Shown one piece after another: positions 54,466 to 55,356 of a stretch of 55,356 nt of DNA. The DNA comes from a virus (Duplodnaviria; Heunggongvirae; Uroviricota; Caudoviricetes), in the IMG/VR virus record IMGVR_UViG_3300025858_000011. One strand, written 5' to 3'. The position numbers and the translations under genes are program-made. Numbering within the stretch: position 1 is the first letter of the stretch; the number at the start of each line of letters is the position of its first letter. The notes beneath the pieces are model-generated. The model saw only the letters and a list, made by a program, of their open reading frames with translations. It was not told the DNA's origin and did no database searches.

Positions 54466-54667
54466 CTAATATTTCCAGTTTATTAGTAACTGCATCCCAA
54501 GATATCCCTTTATCAGCAATCATACTTCTCAGTACGAAAAGTACATCTGCCGCCTCAGATTCGGGGTCGCCTCTTTTACCTCGTAATGCTTCAATTAACT
54601 CGGATGCTTCAAGATGAAGATAGACTCCCCCTCTTTCCAATCCCTGGACCAGCCTCGTTGTTTGCAT
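54422..54667 (-). CDS. MazG-like NTP pyrophosphohydrolase
   Basis: HLEASELIEA...ESEAADV (ExxE..ExxD). Confidence 0.7.
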   Translation of the reverse strand: MQTTRLVQGLERGGVYLHLEASELIEALRGKRGDPESEAADVLFVLRSMIADKGISWDAVTNKLEILVDRMLEATNGNSNS

Positions 54668-54892
54668 ATCTCTAAAATTTTTTCGTCGATGTTCATATAG
54701 TCATTGGTTCATGTAATTTTTCAAAACTTATTATTCTATCTTCCTTTTGTTTCTTTTCCCATTTTACAAGAGCTTTTTGAATCTTTTTCCATCCTCTTTC
54801 AAACTTTTTTGAATTAATATAGGCAACGACTTTATCCATTTGTTCTTGTGTAATTCTTATTTCTTCCATATCTTACTCCTTGATAACATTCG

Positions 54893-54965
54893 TGGAGCTA
54901 GCCGGCTATGATCCGGCGACATCGTGCTTGCAAAGCACGCGCTCTCCCAGCTGAGCTATAGCCCC
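54893..54965 (-). tRNA. tRNA-Ala(UGC) with non-canonical T loop, no encoded CCA
   Basis: Acceptor GGGGCUA/UAGCUCC with G3.U70, anticodon arm CGUGC-UU-UGC-AA-GCACG, T arm GCCGG-AUCAUAG-CCGGC. Confidence 0.9.
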
Positions 54966-55201
54966 TAATAAAGTGCAGCCCACAAATGAGCTGCACATTC
55001 TAAAGAATTTGACATGGTCTGGTTTCCCCGCAATGTGTCTAGTTATCAGAGACGCCCGTAGGCTTCCCACGACTATCACGGCCAGTGTGTCCCGAAGATA
55101 GTGACCTATCTTATGATTAAAGGCTTGCCGTGTTCCCAGAATCTAGCAACTGGTAATAACCGCCACTTAATCTCTTCAGTACGGAGGCTCATCAGCCTAT
55201 G

Positions 55202-55356
55202 TTAAATCTCGCCTGGAATTTTAGCATCCAGGTTGAAGTCTTTGCTCTCAGCCTTAACCGCTCTGGCAGCCTTAACCGCGGAAAGTTGCTGCTTCAGCGA
55301 TTCGATTTCCGCGGCAAATTCGAGAGCTCTTGCTCTCGCGAGACGTAGCGCTGCTC
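55202..55356 (-). CDS. 3' end of a CDS entering from outside the window
   Basis: ..AALRLARARALEFAAEIESLKQQLSAVKAARAVKAESKDFNLDAKIPGEI-stop. Confidence 0.55.
   Translation of the reverse strand, partial: AALRLARARALEFAAEIESLKQQLSAVKAARAVKAESKDFNLDAKIPGEI

Noticed and set aside
55160-55198. Hammerhead-like CUGAUGAG and CUGAAGAG on the - strand
   Set aside because: No stem II followed by GAAA; CUGAUGAG is part of a simple hairpin.
1-55356. CRISPR array, transposase or integrase
   Set aside because: No regularly spaced direct repeats and no DDE or recombinase motifs were seen.

Overview
A 55 kb segment of a large AT-rich tailed dsDNA phage (jumbo-type, standard genetic code). It has four blocks. 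(1) 1-15.9 kb, + strand: tail and fibre proteins, a lysis cassette (spanin-like protein, amidase), an actin-like ATPase and an intein-containing portal-like protein. (2) 15.9-21.5 kb, - strand: an intein-containing glycosyltransferase, a GP88-like Fe-S protein and a retron-type reverse transcriptase. (3) 21.6-31.9 kb, + strand: a single-chain beta-beta' RNA polymerase with two inteins. (4) 31.9-55.3 kb, - strand: host-takeover genes (ClpP-like, ThyX, NAPRTase-like, three RNA ligases, PNKP, RlaP-like and CCA nucleotidyltransferases, a WGR-PARP, DNA ligase), three tRNAs and a tmRNA. The best candidate for an undescribed system is the retron module. One stand-alone RT with no recognisable toxin effector is flanked by two retron-architecture ncRNAs that share three msr motifs. 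The second ncRNA (18469-18760) has its own promoter and terminator, and its predicted msd template is a natural polylinker: about 160 nt of tightly overlapping Type II restriction sites. My inference, untested, is a phage-made multicopy DNA decoy against restriction-modification. All family assignments come from motif recognition by eye; no database searches were run.
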